Shown here in pieces: positions 24,371 through 35,584 of a stretch of DNA of 64,000 nucleotides. The notes below the pieces were generated by a model, which was not told the DNA's origin, did not search any database, and worked only from the letters and a program-made list of their open reading frames with translations. The DNA is taken from NCBI GenBank assembly GCA_038562165.1, contig JBCFAO010000018.1, forward strand, positions 764 to 64,763, given 5' to 3'. Position 1 is the first letter of the stretch, and each line of letters starts with the position of its first letter. The DNA is from Clostridiales bacterium (GTDB lineage Bacteria; Bacillota; Peptococcia; DRI-13; UBA5745). A program made the position numbers and the translations under genes.

Positions 24371-25009
24371 TTATTTCACTTTAACCAGATAGCCGGCTAC
24401 CCAGCCTACGGTACCGTCGCTGAGCTGTACCTGGTACCAGTCTTTATCCACTTTGGTAATGGTGAAGCTGTCGCTGGGGCTCAATTTTTTCTTGATGGTA
24501 GAAGAGGTGGAAGCGGATTCTCTCAAGTTGACCACTTCGGCAGTAACGGCTCCCGTCTTGCCGATATTGGCCTGGGAGACTGCTGTACCGCTGCTGCTGC
24601 CGGTACCTGTGCCGGTACCTGTGCCGCTGCCCGTAGAGCCCGTGCCGGAAGTGCCGGAGCCGGAACCACCGGTGCCTGTCCCTGTACCCGTTCCGGTACC
24701 ACCGGTACCAGTACCCGTGCCCGTCCCTGTGCCGCCGGTACCGGTGGTGCCGACAACGCCGCCGTTAAGCAGGGACAACTCATTTTCCAGGCTTTGAATC
24801 TTGGCTTCCAGGCTGCTGATTCTGGTATCCATGGCTTGCACCTTCTGCTCAATAGAGCCGTCGGCATAGCTTTTGGTCACTAAAGGATCCTCTTTGGAAC
24901 CGGGCTCCTTCGTATCTCCGCCCAAAACGCCGGTACCGTAGAGAAAACCCACGCCTACAGAAACAATTATCCCTAAAAGCACAAACACTTTCCAATCTAT
25001 TCTTCTCAT
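24371..25009 (-). CDS. membrane-anchored SH3b domain protein with Gly/Thr-repeat linker
   Basis: N-terminal TM ([18 protein letters not shown]), a coiled segment, a (GT)n/(GTG)n linker of about 60 aa, and a C-terminal SH3_3-like ..[32 protein letters not shown]. Confidence 0.75.
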   Translation of the reverse strand: MRRIDWKVFVLLGIIVSVGVGFLYGTGVLGGDTKEPGSKEDPLVTKSYADGSIEQKVQAMDTRISSLEAKIQSLENELSLLNGGVVGTTGTGGTGTGTGTGTGGTGTGTGTGTGGSGSGTSGTGSTGSGTGTGTGTGSSSGTAVSQANIGKTGAVTAEVVNLRESASTSSTIKKKLSPSDSFTITKVDKDWYQVQLSDGTVGWVAGYLVKVK

Positions 25010-25063
25010 CTTGTTTCCTCTTTTCCCTTCATTCTCGCTTTACTGAATCAATACCGCAAAAGC

Positions 25064-26134
25064 TTAACGATGGCTTTCCGCAGCTTGAGCCTCCTGGGGT
25101 TCTGCTGTCTTATCTGCCCGCACCTTGCTGCCGATGACGCCGATCTTATCCGCACCATAGAGCACCGCCAAAGTAACCAGCACGATGGCCATCATGGCCT
25201 GTCCCGTAGGCATCAGTGCAATGCCGATAGCGGAAAGGCTTAAAAAGATACAAACGCCATACACTACCAATACCGCTTTCTTGTGGGAAAGACCCATAGC
25301 CAGGAGGCGGTGGTGAAGGTGATCCTTATCCGCCATAAAAATAGGTGTCTTATTTACCAGGCGGCGGACAATGGCCAGAAGGGTATCAAAAATAGGTACA
25401 CCCAAAACAAGGATAGGCAGGAAAATCGATACGGTGGTGGCCATTTTGGTCAGGCCCATAATGGACAGAACCGACAAAGAATAGCCCAGGAACAAAGCTC
25501 CCGTATCACCCATGAAAATCTTTGCAGGGTTGAAATTATACCGCAGAAAGGCCAGAGAAGATGCACCCAGAATTAACGCTAAAACACCGACAGGGGCAAA
25601 ACCCTCCATCCAGGCAATGACGCCGATGGATAAGGCGGCAATACCGGAAACACCGGCAGCCAATCCATCCAGGCCGTCTACCAGATTAACCGCATTCGTA
25701 AGGCCCACGATCCAGCCTAAGGTCAAAGGCCAGGCCAGCCAGCCCAAGTATGCCGGATTAGTGCCAAACAAGCTGGTAACAAAGGTAATCCGGAGACCGC
25801 CATAAAAGATGACTACGAAAGCTGCCGCCAACTGAAAAGCCAGCTTCACCACGGGACGGATATTTCTGCTGTCGTCCCAAATACCGGAAACCAAAATCAG
25901 CAGACTGCCTATACCGAAAGCAGTAATCTCTCTGGTCAAAGGCTGAGTGAGCAGAACCGTGCTCCAAAAACCAATAAAGATAGCCAGGCCGCCCATAAGG
26001 GGCATCGGCGTCTTATGAACCTTTCGCTGGTTAGGCCGGTCCACCACACCCATTTTCATGGCCAGATGGCGCACACCGGGAGTCAGCACTAATGTAATGC
26101 CAAAAGCCATCAATAAAGGCAATATCCAATTCAT
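25064..26134 (-). CDS. glycosyltransferase family 4 (MraY/WecA/TagO-type undecaprenyl-phosphate sugar-1-phosphate transferase)
   Basis: DRPNQRKVHKTPMPLMGGLAIF, NAVNLVDGLDGLAAG, and multi-TM topology. I chose the start at Met 28 (GGAGG upstream); the ORF reaches 26215. Confidence 0.85.
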   Translation of the reverse strand: MNWILPLLMAFGITLVLTPGVRHLAMKMGVVDRPNQRKVHKTPMPLMGGLAIFIGFWSTVLLTQPLTREITAFGIGSLLILVSGIWDDSRNIRPVVKLAFQLAAAFVVIFYGGLRITFVTSLFGTNPAYLGWLAWPLTLGWIVGLTNAVNLVDGLDGLAAGVSGIAALSIGVIAWMEGFAPVGVLALILGASSLAFLRYNFNPAKIFMGDTGALFLGYSLSVLSIMGLTKMATTVSIFLPILVLGVPIFDTLLAIVRRLVNKTPIFMADKDHLHHRLLAMGLSHKKAVLVVYGVCIFLSLSAIGIALMPTGQAMMAIVLVTLAVLYGADKIGVIGSKVRADKTAEPQEAQAAESHR

Positions 26135-26342
26135 AGCAAAAAAAGCCTCCACTATTTCAAGTCTAAAATCAACGTTCTTATCCGTGTACTTATTCGTGTA
26201 CTTATTCGTCTTCAATCCATGCTCTTAATCCGCCATTATTATAACAGCAAAAAAAGAAAAAGACAAACCCCCTGCAAAATTCTTACATCTAATAGTATTT
26301 TTTACCACAAAGCATTAATTGATACATAGGCTGAGAAAACCT

Positions 26343-27911
26343 TTATTTTATAAGGCCTTTTTCTGAGCCCTTCCCCTTGTTTTTGCGCAACTGGCCAATG
26401 AACAGGAATAATTCATTTTCTTTTAACAAAAAGATTACAACTATGAAACTCAAAACGCCGGCCGCTATAGCCATGGCTACTGTCAGCAGAAGCCCCATGC
26501 TGCCCTTGGCCAAAAGCAGAGAACCTGCCAAACGGTAGACGATGCTGGCTGCCGCCGCCGTTACTGCCGATCCCGCCAGCACCTTTGACAGGGTAGCCAG
26601 TATATTGCCGTAGCCTGCCCCCGAAAGCCGGCGCTGCAGCAAAATATACATTCCTACGGCATAGTATAAGCTGGCAAGACTGTTGGCCAGAGCCAGCCCC
26701 CCCTGCTTCATCAACGGCGTCAGCAGAATACTGGCGCCGATATTGACGGCAATAGAGGACAGGCCAAAGAATAAGGGGGTTTTTGTATCTTCCAGGGCGT
26801 AATAAGCCCTGGTCAGCACCTGGGTGGCAGCCATAGCCCCCATGCCCGGTCCAAACCAAAACAGGGCCTGGGCCGTCATCACCGTGGCTTCACCGGTAAA
26901 GGCCGCCCGTTCAAAAAGCAGCTTGACAATAGGCTGGCCCAAGGCCATGAGCCCCGCCGCCGCCGGCAGGGTAATCAGCAGCACCAGCTTTAAGCCCCGG
27001 TTGGCCGTTTCCCAAAGCTTACTCCTATCGGCTTCCAAGGCTTGGGCCGACAAAAGAGGAAAAATACTGGAGGATACCGCCGCCACAAAAATGCCTAAAG
27101 GCAGATTCATCAGCTTGCCGGCATAATTCAGGGCAGAGATGCTGCCTGCCGGCAGACTGGAAGCGAAAAAACGGTTGATGGCCAGATATATCTGATAGGT
27201 AGCCGTACCCAGAAAAACGGCGCCCAGATTGCTGAAAACCCCTTTGACCAGAGAGTTTTTATAGTCAAAAGAAAAAGTATAGCGAAATCCCGTGCCTTTT
27301 AGAGCCGGCAATTGCACCAGCAGCATGCAAATAAAGCTGATCAGGGACGCCGCCGGTAAAGCATAGGGGTGGCGGGATCCAAAAAAAATCACGCCCAGAA
27401 TGATAATGAAACTGGCAAAGGCCGGCGCAAAGGCCGCCACCGCAAACCGCCGGCAGGCGTTAAGAATACCGGTGATCAGCATGGCCAGGCTCATGAACAT
27501 TACCGAAGGGAACATGATGGCGGTCATGACAGCCGCCAAGCTTCTCGTCTCGGCATTGAAGCCGGGAGCCGTAATGCCCACCAAGAAATCGGCGCCAAGC
27601 ACCCCCAGAGCCGTAAAAAAAGCCATCAGCAAAAAAGTCAGGTTCATGGTAATGCTGGCCGCCTTCCAGCCCTCCTCTGCCCTGCCGCCGTCAATACAGC
27701 GAACCATCACCGGCACAATGGAGGAAACCAGAGCCACACCCAAAACCATTTGCAGAAAATAGGGGATCGTATAAGCCACCTGATAAGCATCCGTATACTG
27801 TCCGGCGCCGAAAACGGCAGCCATAGCCGTTTCCCGGACAAAGCCCAGCAACCGGGCTAAGGTATTCATCATCATCAGCACCAAGGCGGTGCCGGCTATT
27901 GTTTTTGCCAC
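26343..27911 (-). CDS. murJ: lipid II flippase MurJ
   Basis: 522 aa, 14-TM MOP-superfamily pattern. N-terminus ..NTLARLLGFVRETAMAAVFGAGQYTDAY. Confidence 0.9.
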   Translation of the reverse strand: MAKTIAGTALVLMMMNTLARLLGFVRETAMAAVFGAGQYTDAYQVAYTIPYFLQMVLGVALVSSIVPVMVRCIDGGRAEEGWKAASITMNLTFLLMAFFTALGVLGADFLVGITAPGFNAETRSLAAVMTAIMFPSVMFMSLAMLITGILNACRRFAVAAFAPAFASFIIILGVIFFGSRHPYALPAASLISFICMLLVQLPALKGTGFRYTFSFDYKNSLVKGVFSNLGAVFLGTATYQIYLAINRFFASSLPAGSISALNYAGKLMNLPLGIFVAAVSSSIFPLLSAQALEADRSKLWETANRGLKLVLLITLPAAAGLMALGQPIVKLLFERAAFTGEATVMTAQALFWFGPGMGAMAATQVLTRAYYALEDTKTPLFFGLSSIAVNIGASILLTPLMKQGGLALANSLASLYYAVGMYILLQRRLSGAGYGNILATLSKVLAGSAVTAAAASIVYRLAGSLLLAKGSMGLLLTVAMAIAAGVLSFIVVIFLLKENELFLFIGQLRKNKGKGSEKGLIK

Positions 27912-27974
27912 AACTTTCTCCTTTATTTAATCGGGGGAATTCCCCGGCTGTTTACGCATGTTCTTGTCTTAACT

Positions 27975-29096
27975 TTAGCCTAGAAGCTCAACTGCCTGCT
28001 CCGCCATCTGCCAGGCCTGCCGCTGCATTTCCCGGCGGCGGTTTTCCTGTTCCCGGCGCAGGGAGAGAGGCAGAGTTTCCATTTCCTCCAGCAGATCATT
28101 GGCTGCTTCCCAATCAAAATCCTCATAAGGCAGGCAAAAACCGGCCAGCCCCGCCTGCTCCATAAAAGCATCAACTTTAGGGTCGTAAGAAAGGCCCAGC
28201 ATCGGCGTACCCATAGCCATAGCAAAAATCAGGCCGTGGAGCCGCATGGCAAACACCTTGTCGGCATAAGCGGTCAAGGCCAGAAACTGGCGGGCCGTAA
28301 GGCTTTTGCCCAGGCAATACAAGCGCTCTGTCATCAGGTTGCTGATTTTATCAATGGCCTCCATATCCGCCGGAAAATGGGCGGGGACAAGCAGCACATC
28401 CCAGCCGCCGCTGCGGGCCTGGGCATCCAATAGCTGCGCAACGGCAGCCAGGTGCTTGTTGTCTTCCCAGCAGCGGATGACTGCCAAAAGCAAAGGTTTA
28501 TTCTTTCTTCCCTTGCCATCCAATATATCCATCTCCTGCAAGACATCCTTGATCTCCTGCCGGTTGACGTCCGCATAACTGAGGGCCATCACCGGGTCGC
28601 AAGCTACCCGGATATTCTTTTCCACCCCAAGCTCTTTCAATAATTTAGCAGACTGAACATCCCGCACCGTGATCTCATGGCAGCGGTTAAAAACCTTGGC
28701 CGCAGCCTGCCGGTTTTTCTCGTTGGTCAAGGGGCCTACTCCCTGGCCATAAATCATGGTTTTTCCAGCCAGCAGCAAAGCCAGCCGGATCACCCATAAA
28801 TAATAGCGGGGACTTCTTTCGCTGGTCACATCCTGGATCAGAGAGCCGCCGCCGCTGAGAAACAGCCGGCAGCCCACAAGAGCTTTGGCCACCGCCATAG
28901 GCTTCCAGCGGTCCACGGCCTTCACCCCATATAATTCTGCGGTCTTTTCAGGATTATTGGACAGCACGACGATTCTGACATCCGGACGCAATTGGCGCAG
29001 GCAATGAATGATTGCCAGGAGCACAGCCTCATCACCGCAATTGTCAAAGCCATAATAACCGCTAATGACGATTTTTGGCCCTTTTCTACGAAACAT
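27975..29096 (-). CDS. csaB: polysaccharide pyruvyl transferase CsaB
   Basis: ISGYYGFDNCGDEAVL N-terminal signature. GGGAGGAG lies 6 nt upstream of the ATG at 29096. Overlaps the end of the upstream gene by 11 bp. Confidence 0.85.
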   Translation of the reverse strand: MFRRKGPKIVISGYYGFDNCGDEAVLLAIIHCLRQLRPDVRIVVLSNNPEKTAELYGVKAVDRWKPMAVAKALVGCRLFLSGGGSLIQDVTSERSPRYYLWVIRLALLLAGKTMIYGQGVGPLTNEKNRQAAAKVFNRCHEITVRDVQSAKLLKELGVEKNIRVACDPVMALSYADVNRQEIKDVLQEMDILDGKGRKNKPLLLAVIRCWEDNKHLAAVAQLLDAQARSGGWDVLLVPAHFPADMEAIDKISNLMTERLYCLGKSLTARQFLALTAYADKVFAMRLHGLIFAMAMGTPMLGLSYDPKVDAFMEQAGLAGFCLPYEDFDWEAANDLLEEMETLPLSLRREQENRRREMQRQAWQMAEQAVELLG

Positions 29097-31170
29097 GAGG
29101 CTCTCCTCCCTTTTTTTGACCATCGATTATTTTCGACAATAGACGAAAAGCCAGAAGAATAACGCCGATGGCCGCCGCCCCAATCAGGATACCGATCCAC
29201 AGGCCGTGGAGGCTGCGCAGCAAAGAAACCACCAGAGGCGTATGAATATGGGCATAAGTATTGATCAGGGATATCTGACCGATCAGACCCAAAAGCAGTA
29301 CAGGATACATGCTGAAACGATAGCCGAAGTACAGCAGCACCAGCATCAGCGGATGGCCGATCAGGAATTCCTTCGTCCGGGGCCGGACCCCCAGCAGCCT
29401 GTCCAAAAGCTGCCGGAATTTCATTTCGATGCCCGAGGCGCTGAGGCTGTCATTGCCTGTCCGCAGGATGTAGACAGCCAGGCCCGCCAGTATGACCAGG
29501 CCCACGGCCAGTTGCCAGAACTGCACATTGCTTTTGGCCGTATTCGTCAGCCGGCCAAGCCAATTCTTCTCCCACAGCCAAAGAACAGCCGGCACCAATA
29601 GCAAAGGGATCAGGTGGGATACTTTGACGCCCACAAAGCTATCCAGCTTCAGCATAAAAGCAGGTTCCGCCAAAAAGGCGGACATGATCATAGCTCCCGC
29701 CAAGGTGAAGGCCGATAAAATAAGCAGACTGCCAATGGCCCGGGGCAGACTGGGCTTTTGGAGGCTAAGAGCCCGGCCGCCGGCCATATCCTGCTTCAGC
29801 ACCAAAAGGGTGCCCAGGCTGGGAAAAAGGATGGCCGCCGCCAAAGCAAAAAGCTTCCTGGATAAAACCGGCGCCTTCAAAAGCAAGACGGCCCAAATCA
29901 GACAGGCTGCTCCCAGAAGCAAGACATAAGGCAAATAAAGCTTCTTACTGGCAAAAGGCGCCGCTGCTAAAGCCAGAAGCCAGCCGCCGCCGGCTACCAC
30001 TCCCAAGCCCAGCAGAAATCTTAGCCCATAAGGAACCTGGAAGGAGGAAATCGTCTGAGGCTTGCCGATTTGGAAGCCCTCTGCCATCAGTCCCTCCCGG
30101 ACCGCAGTAATTAAGTCCGTATTGCTGGTTAGGGAAGCCGCCGGGTTTTCCAGGCCGTAAAAGCGCAGAAAAATATAGCGGATATTACGTTCCGTGGCCG
30201 CTAGGTTAAAGCGGTCCATAGCATCCCGGACATTGGCATATTTCTTCAGTTCATTTTCCGCAATAGCGTGGGCCCGCAGCACCTGGTTGTCCAAGCGCCC
30301 GGCCAGGCCGGCAAAACCGGCCTGATCATAAAATTCAAAAGAAATCAAAGGTTTGCCTAAAGGCTCAATGGCTGCCGCCAGATAGTCCTGCAGCAAAGGG
30401 TTAGTACCGCCGCCGGGAACGGAGGCATCATTGAAGCCGATGCCCGCCAGGCCGGGAATCTGGCCTACCCATTCAAATACGGTGGCCAGATTATCCTGGC
30501 GCACCGGCTCCCAGCCCCGCAGCCGGGGAATCACCTCAAAGCCTGCTTCCGCCGCTATTTGCAGCCCTTCCATGGGAAAACCCAGTCCCAAGGTAGCCCG
30601 TTCCGAAGAATGGAGCTGGGTGACTATCCCCTGATAGCCCAAAAAAGCAAAAGGCTCCGGATAACGCCGTTTAGCTTCCAGCAAGGAAAACAATTGGTCA
30701 TAAACCTGGGGGTTTCTGACTATAATGTAGGTTTTGCCGGCGTCAGGCTCAACATCGGCAGAGCTGCTAAAAAGGGGAGTTGCGGGCTGGCCGCCTTCGG
30801 CCCCTGTTTGAGAAGGAAGCTCTGACTGCAGAGCTTGATATAGCTCAAGCTGGCTGCCTTGCAGTACCACAATGTCGCCGGCGCTTTCCCAATCCGCCAG
30901 AATCCTCTCCCTGACCACCAGGCCGGTGGCTCCGGCTTTCGCCGCCTTCCTTACCATGTCGGCAAAGGTTACATCCTGGCTGCCGTCAGCCAACCGCTTC
31001 AATTCATCATAATCCACCAAAAGGCCTACCGTTTTATCCCGGGCTTCCGCCTGGGCCCGCATACCGTTAATCCATAAAGCGGCAACCAGGGAAAGAAGTA
31101 TCAAGGCGCAGGCTCCAATTACCAGGCAGCGCCGGAATTTTTGATCATTAACCTTGTTTTTGCCGGTCAT
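29086..31170 (-). CDS. large membrane protein, DUF5693-like (csaB-associated)
   Basis: 694 aa: N-terminal TM, an extracytoplasmic domain of about 350 aa, then about 8 TM helices. The family name is from memory of csaB-adjacent genes and was not searched. Confidence 0.55.
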   Translation of the reverse strand: MTGKNKVNDQKFRRCLVIGACALILLSLVAALWINGMRAQAEARDKTVGLLVDYDELKRLADGSQDVTFADMVRKAAKAGATGLVVRERILADWESAGDIVVLQGSQLELYQALQSELPSQTGAEGGQPATPLFSSSADVEPDAGKTYIIVRNPQVYDQLFSLLEAKRRYPEPFAFLGYQGIVTQLHSSERATLGLGFPMEGLQIAAEAGFEVIPRLRGWEPVRQDNLATVFEWVGQIPGLAGIGFNDASVPGGGTNPLLQDYLAAAIEPLGKPLISFEFYDQAGFAGLAGRLDNQVLRAHAIAENELKKYANVRDAMDRFNLAATERNIRYIFLRFYGLENPAASLTSNTDLITAVREGLMAEGFQIGKPQTISSFQVPYGLRFLLGLGVVAGGGWLLALAAAPFASKKLYLPYVLLLGAACLIWAVLLLKAPVLSRKLFALAAAILFPSLGTLLVLKQDMAGGRALSLQKPSLPRAIGSLLILSAFTLAGAMIMSAFLAEPAFMLKLDSFVGVKVSHLIPLLLVPAVLWLWEKNWLGRLTNTAKSNVQFWQLAVGLVILAGLAVYILRTGNDSLSASGIEMKFRQLLDRLLGVRPRTKEFLIGHPLMLVLLYFGYRFSMYPVLLLGLIGQISLINTYAHIHTPLVVSLLRSLHGLWIGILIGAAAIGVILLAFRLLSKIIDGQKKGGEPHVS

Positions 31171-31300
31171 ATTGCCCTCCGCTTCAGCAAATTTAAAGAA
31201 AGGAAAAAATTAAACAAATTAGATTAGACGTAGAAAACCGCCTGCCCCACTGTCCGGCAGCTTATGCCAGAAACGCCGGAGCAGGCGGCCTAGTATTTCT

Positions 31301-32815
<1,515 letters not shown>

Positions 32816-32829
32816 TCAAGTACAAATGG

Positions 32830-33303
32830 TTATCTTATTTCTTCCAACTGGTATTTGATGACGCCGGCAGGAACCTGCACTTCAAATACGTCGCCTTTTT
32901 TGTGGCCTAAAATAGCGGCCCCTACCGGGCTTTCGTTGGAAATCCGGTTATTCATGGGGTTGGCCTCGGCGGCGCCTACGATGGTATATTCTATAGTTTC
33001 GTTGTACTCCAAATCCTTCAGCAGCACAGTGGAACCTAAGGTCACCTGGGTCTGGCCTTCTTCGATATTTTCAATAACTTTGACGTTGCGCAGCATCTTT
33101 TCCAGGGTCAGAATCCTGCCTTCAATAAAGGCTTGCTCGTTTTTAGCATCCTCGTACTCGGAATTCTCACTGATGTCTCCGAACTCGATAGCCTGCTTAA
33201 TCCGCTCGGCAACTTCCCGGCGTCTGACGGTTTTCAAGCTCTCCAATTCCTGCTCCAGCTTGAGCAGACCCTCTTTGGTCAAGACTACTTCTTTTTCCTT
33301 CAT
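32830..33303 (-). CDS. greA: transcription elongation factor GreA
   Basis: 157 aa. Coiled-coil N-terminus with the acidic tip [13 protein letters not shown], then a globular C-terminal domain. Confidence 0.95.
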   Translation of the reverse strand: MKEKEVVLTKEGLLKLEQELESLKTVRRREVAERIKQAIEFGDISENSEYEDAKNEQAFIEGRILTLEKMLRNVKVIENIEEGQTQVTLGSTVLLKDLEYNETIEYTIVGAAEANPMNNRISNESPVGAAILGHKKGDVFEVQVPAGVIKYQLEEIR

Positions 33304-33446
33304 TTCTCCAACACACCGTCCTCCGTCAGTTCTAACGCGATAAAAACCTTACAAATTAACAATAGCACTGGATAGGCCAGTGCAGGTTATCGCCATTTAC
33401 AAAACGTTGTCGTCATCACCATAAACATCTGTAAAATCTCCCGATA

Positions 33447-33475
33447 ATTATATCCGCCGCGCCTTGGTTTGTCAA
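33447..33475 (-). promoter_or_regulatory. consensus sigma-A promoter of greA-lysS
   Basis: Minus strand: TTGACA (33470-33475), a 17-nt spacer, TATAAT (33447-33452). Confidence 0.7.
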
Positions 33476-33531
33476 GGAAAAGCCAAGGGCCCGCCGTGGC
33501 CGGTCAGGGCGTTGTTCATGAAAGGCCAGAG

Positions 33532-34431
33532 CTAGCCCACCCGGCAGCCCACCCGCTGTAAGGCCGCCGCTAAATCCAGCAGCTCTTCCCGGCATTCCCA
33601 GGTCTGCCGTTCCTGAAGCAACTGCCACAGCTTGGGAGAGCGGCAGTATAAAAGAACCTCAGCCTGGACCGGCGTGAGTCTTCGTGGTTCACCCTTGACA
33701 TAAAAGGCTGTTTCACTATAGGCGAGGCTCTGCCCCTCGGCCAGGCAGCGGCCTTGGGCCAAATCCAGCAGCATGGTCCCCGGCGTCTTTTCCTGATAAA
33801 ACTTTTCTATGGCCTCCCGGCGGTCTGCGCTTTCCGCCTGAGGCCGGTTGCCGATAATGGCGCCCGTACGGTAACCCGCCTGCTTCTGCCACAGCTCCAG
33901 CTCCGGCCAGGGATAACCCCAAAAAATCAGACTATTTGCCTGCTGGCAAAGCCAATCCAGCAAAGCCCTGGGCAGCATGCCCGCTCTCCGGCAGCCTCCC
34001 GGTAAAATCACCTGGATTTGCCGGGGATTCTGCCGTTTCACCTTCTCCATAGACCAGAAAACCAGCAGATTTTTGCCGTCGATATAGGTTTTCCCTGCCT
34101 TTTCCAGCTCCCGGCGGCACATCTCCTCGCCGCCCAAATCTTCAATGATCTGGGGAGCAAGGCCCAAAGCCCTGGCCTGAGTCAGCAAAGGCTCTTGCCA
34201 ATGGCCCGCCAAGCTTGGTTCCCTCGGCGTCCGGCGGGAATCCTGGGGCCGGGGCAGCCGGTGCCAGCAAAGCCACCACTCTACTTCTCCAAAAGCGGTA
34301 CAGTGCCGGCTGAAAGCCAGCTTTTCGGCGGCGGCGGGCAATAAAAAAGCCGGCCAATAGCGGCCCAGAGGCAGCTTGGCTCTTATGCTTTTTTCATCAT
34401 GGAGATAAGATAAGTAAATTGCCTGGCTCAT
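33532..34431 (-). CDS. hypothetical protein (Trp/Arg/Cys-rich, no family recognised)
   Basis: 299-aa ORF in a GC-rich stretch where several other frames are also open. Protein-like composition, inserted between dusB and greA. Confidence 0.45.
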   Translation of the reverse strand: MSQAIYLSYLHDEKSIRAKLPLGRYWPAFLLPAAAEKLAFSRHCTAFGEVEWWLCWHRLPRPQDSRRTPREPSLAGHWQEPLLTQARALGLAPQIIEDLGGEEMCRRELEKAGKTYIDGKNLLVFWSMEKVKRQNPRQIQVILPGGCRRAGMLPRALLDWLCQQANSLIFWGYPWPELELWQKQAGYRTGAIIGNRPQAESADRREAIEKFYQEKTPGTMLLDLAQGRCLAEGQSLAYSETAFYVKGEPRRLTPVQAEVLLYCRSPKLWQLLQERQTWECREELLDLAAALQRVGCRVG

Positions 34432-34470
34432 GGCATAGTCTATGTGGCTGCCTGATGGCCTATGCAGAAA

Positions 34471-34572
34471 AATCTCAAGAGAGTTTGCTTTGCTTCTAGA
34501 GACTCTTTTGAGAGTCTGCTATGGTTCTAAAGACTCTCAAGAGAGTCTGCTATGGCTCTAGAGACTCTCTTG
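34471..34572. repeat. about 3.5 tandem copies of a 30-31 bp unit, each containing an 18-bp palindrome
   Basis: Unit: CTAGAGACTCTYWWGAGAGTCTGCTATGGYT. Palindromes AGACTCT-tttg-AGAGTCT (34500-34517) and AGACTCTC-aa-GAGAGTCT (34531-34548), with degenerate copies at 34471-34497 and 34561-34572. Overlaps the last codons of dusB and lies 40-140 bp upstream of the hypothetical gene. Confidence 0.9.
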
Positions 34573-35557
34573 GATAGCTGCGCAAAATAGCTTCTGCCTC
34601 CGCCAAAGTACGGCAATGAAAGAGCTTCTCTTTTAATGGAGCTGTCCGGGGCAGGCCTTTGAGATACCAGGCCAGATGCTTGCGCATTTCCGGTATGCCC
34701 TTAGCCTCGCCCTTACGCTCCACCAGACGGCGGCAATGCTCCAAAGCCATGGCAATTTTCTCTTCCCTGCCGGGCTCCCGGCCTTCGTCTGCCGTCAGCA
34801 AAAACTTAGCTATACGGCCCGGCAGCCAGGGATTGCCTAAAGCCCCCCGCCCTACCATAACACCGTCGCAGCCTGTCTCCTCCAGCAGCCGCCGGGCATC
34901 CTTAGGCCCCCAAACGTCGCCGTTGCCGATGACCGGCACCTGCACAGCCTCCTTAACCCGCCGAATCTGCTGCCAATCAGCCCGGCCGCTGTAATACTGC
35001 TCCCTGGTCCGGCCATGGACGGCGATCATAGCCGCTCCCGCCGCCTCCATCCGCAAGGCAAAATCCGGCACCACCAGATGACCGCTATCCATGCCCAAGC
35101 GGATTTTCACCGTTACCGGAATGGCCACCGCCGCCGCCATAGCTTCTACAATCCGGGCTGCCAGCCCCGGATTTTCCAGCAAAGCGGAACCCTCCCCATT
35201 TTTCACTACTTTGGGAACGGGGCAGCCCATATTGACATCCACAAAAGCAGCGCCTTGAGCCGCTGCCGCCTCAGCCGCTGCCGCCATTACTTCCGGCTCG
35301 GAACCAAAAATCTGTACCGCCACCGGCCCCGGCTCGCCACTGATGTCCAAAAGGGCCTGGGTTTTAACATTATGATAAGACAGCGCTTTCGCACTGATCA
35401 TTTCCGTATAAAGCAAAACCGGCCCTTGCTCCCTGGCCAATTCCCGAAAGGTTTTATCGGTGATTCCGGCCATAGGAGCTAAGGCCACAGGATTACTTTT
35501 TAAGATAGCGGCAATATCCGCCGGACTTTTTTCTTTTTCTCGATTACCGCTCAGCAA
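34550..35557 (-). CDS. dusB: tRNA dihydrouridine synthase DusB
   Basis: APMAGITDKTFR, VDVNMGCP, HGRTR motifs. Confidence 0.9.
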   Translation of the reverse strand: MLSGNREKEKSPADIAAILKSNPVALAPMAGITDKTFRELAREQGPVLLYTEMISAKALSYHNVKTQALLDISGEPGPVAVQIFGSEPEVMAAAAEAAAAQGAAFVDVNMGCPVPKVVKNGEGSALLENPGLAARIVEAMAAAVAIPVTVKIRLGMDSGHLVVPDFALRMEAAGAAMIAVHGRTREQYYSGRADWQQIRRVKEAVQVPVIGNGDVWGPKDARRLLEETGCDGVMVGRGALGNPWLPGRIAKFLLTADEGREPGREEKIAMALEHCRRLVERKGEAKGIPEMRKHLAWYLKGLPRTAPLKEKLFHCRTLAEAEAILRSYPRESLEP

Positions 35558-35584
35558 ACGTTCTTCTCCTTTAGTATCCGCGCT

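Noticed and set aside
24362-24883. 173-aa plus-strand ORF and two 114-aa ORFs overlapping the SH3 gene
   Set aside because: They are low-complexity artefacts of the GGTACC/GGTGCC repeat. Only the minus-strand frame has a TM segment, an SH3b domain and an RBS.
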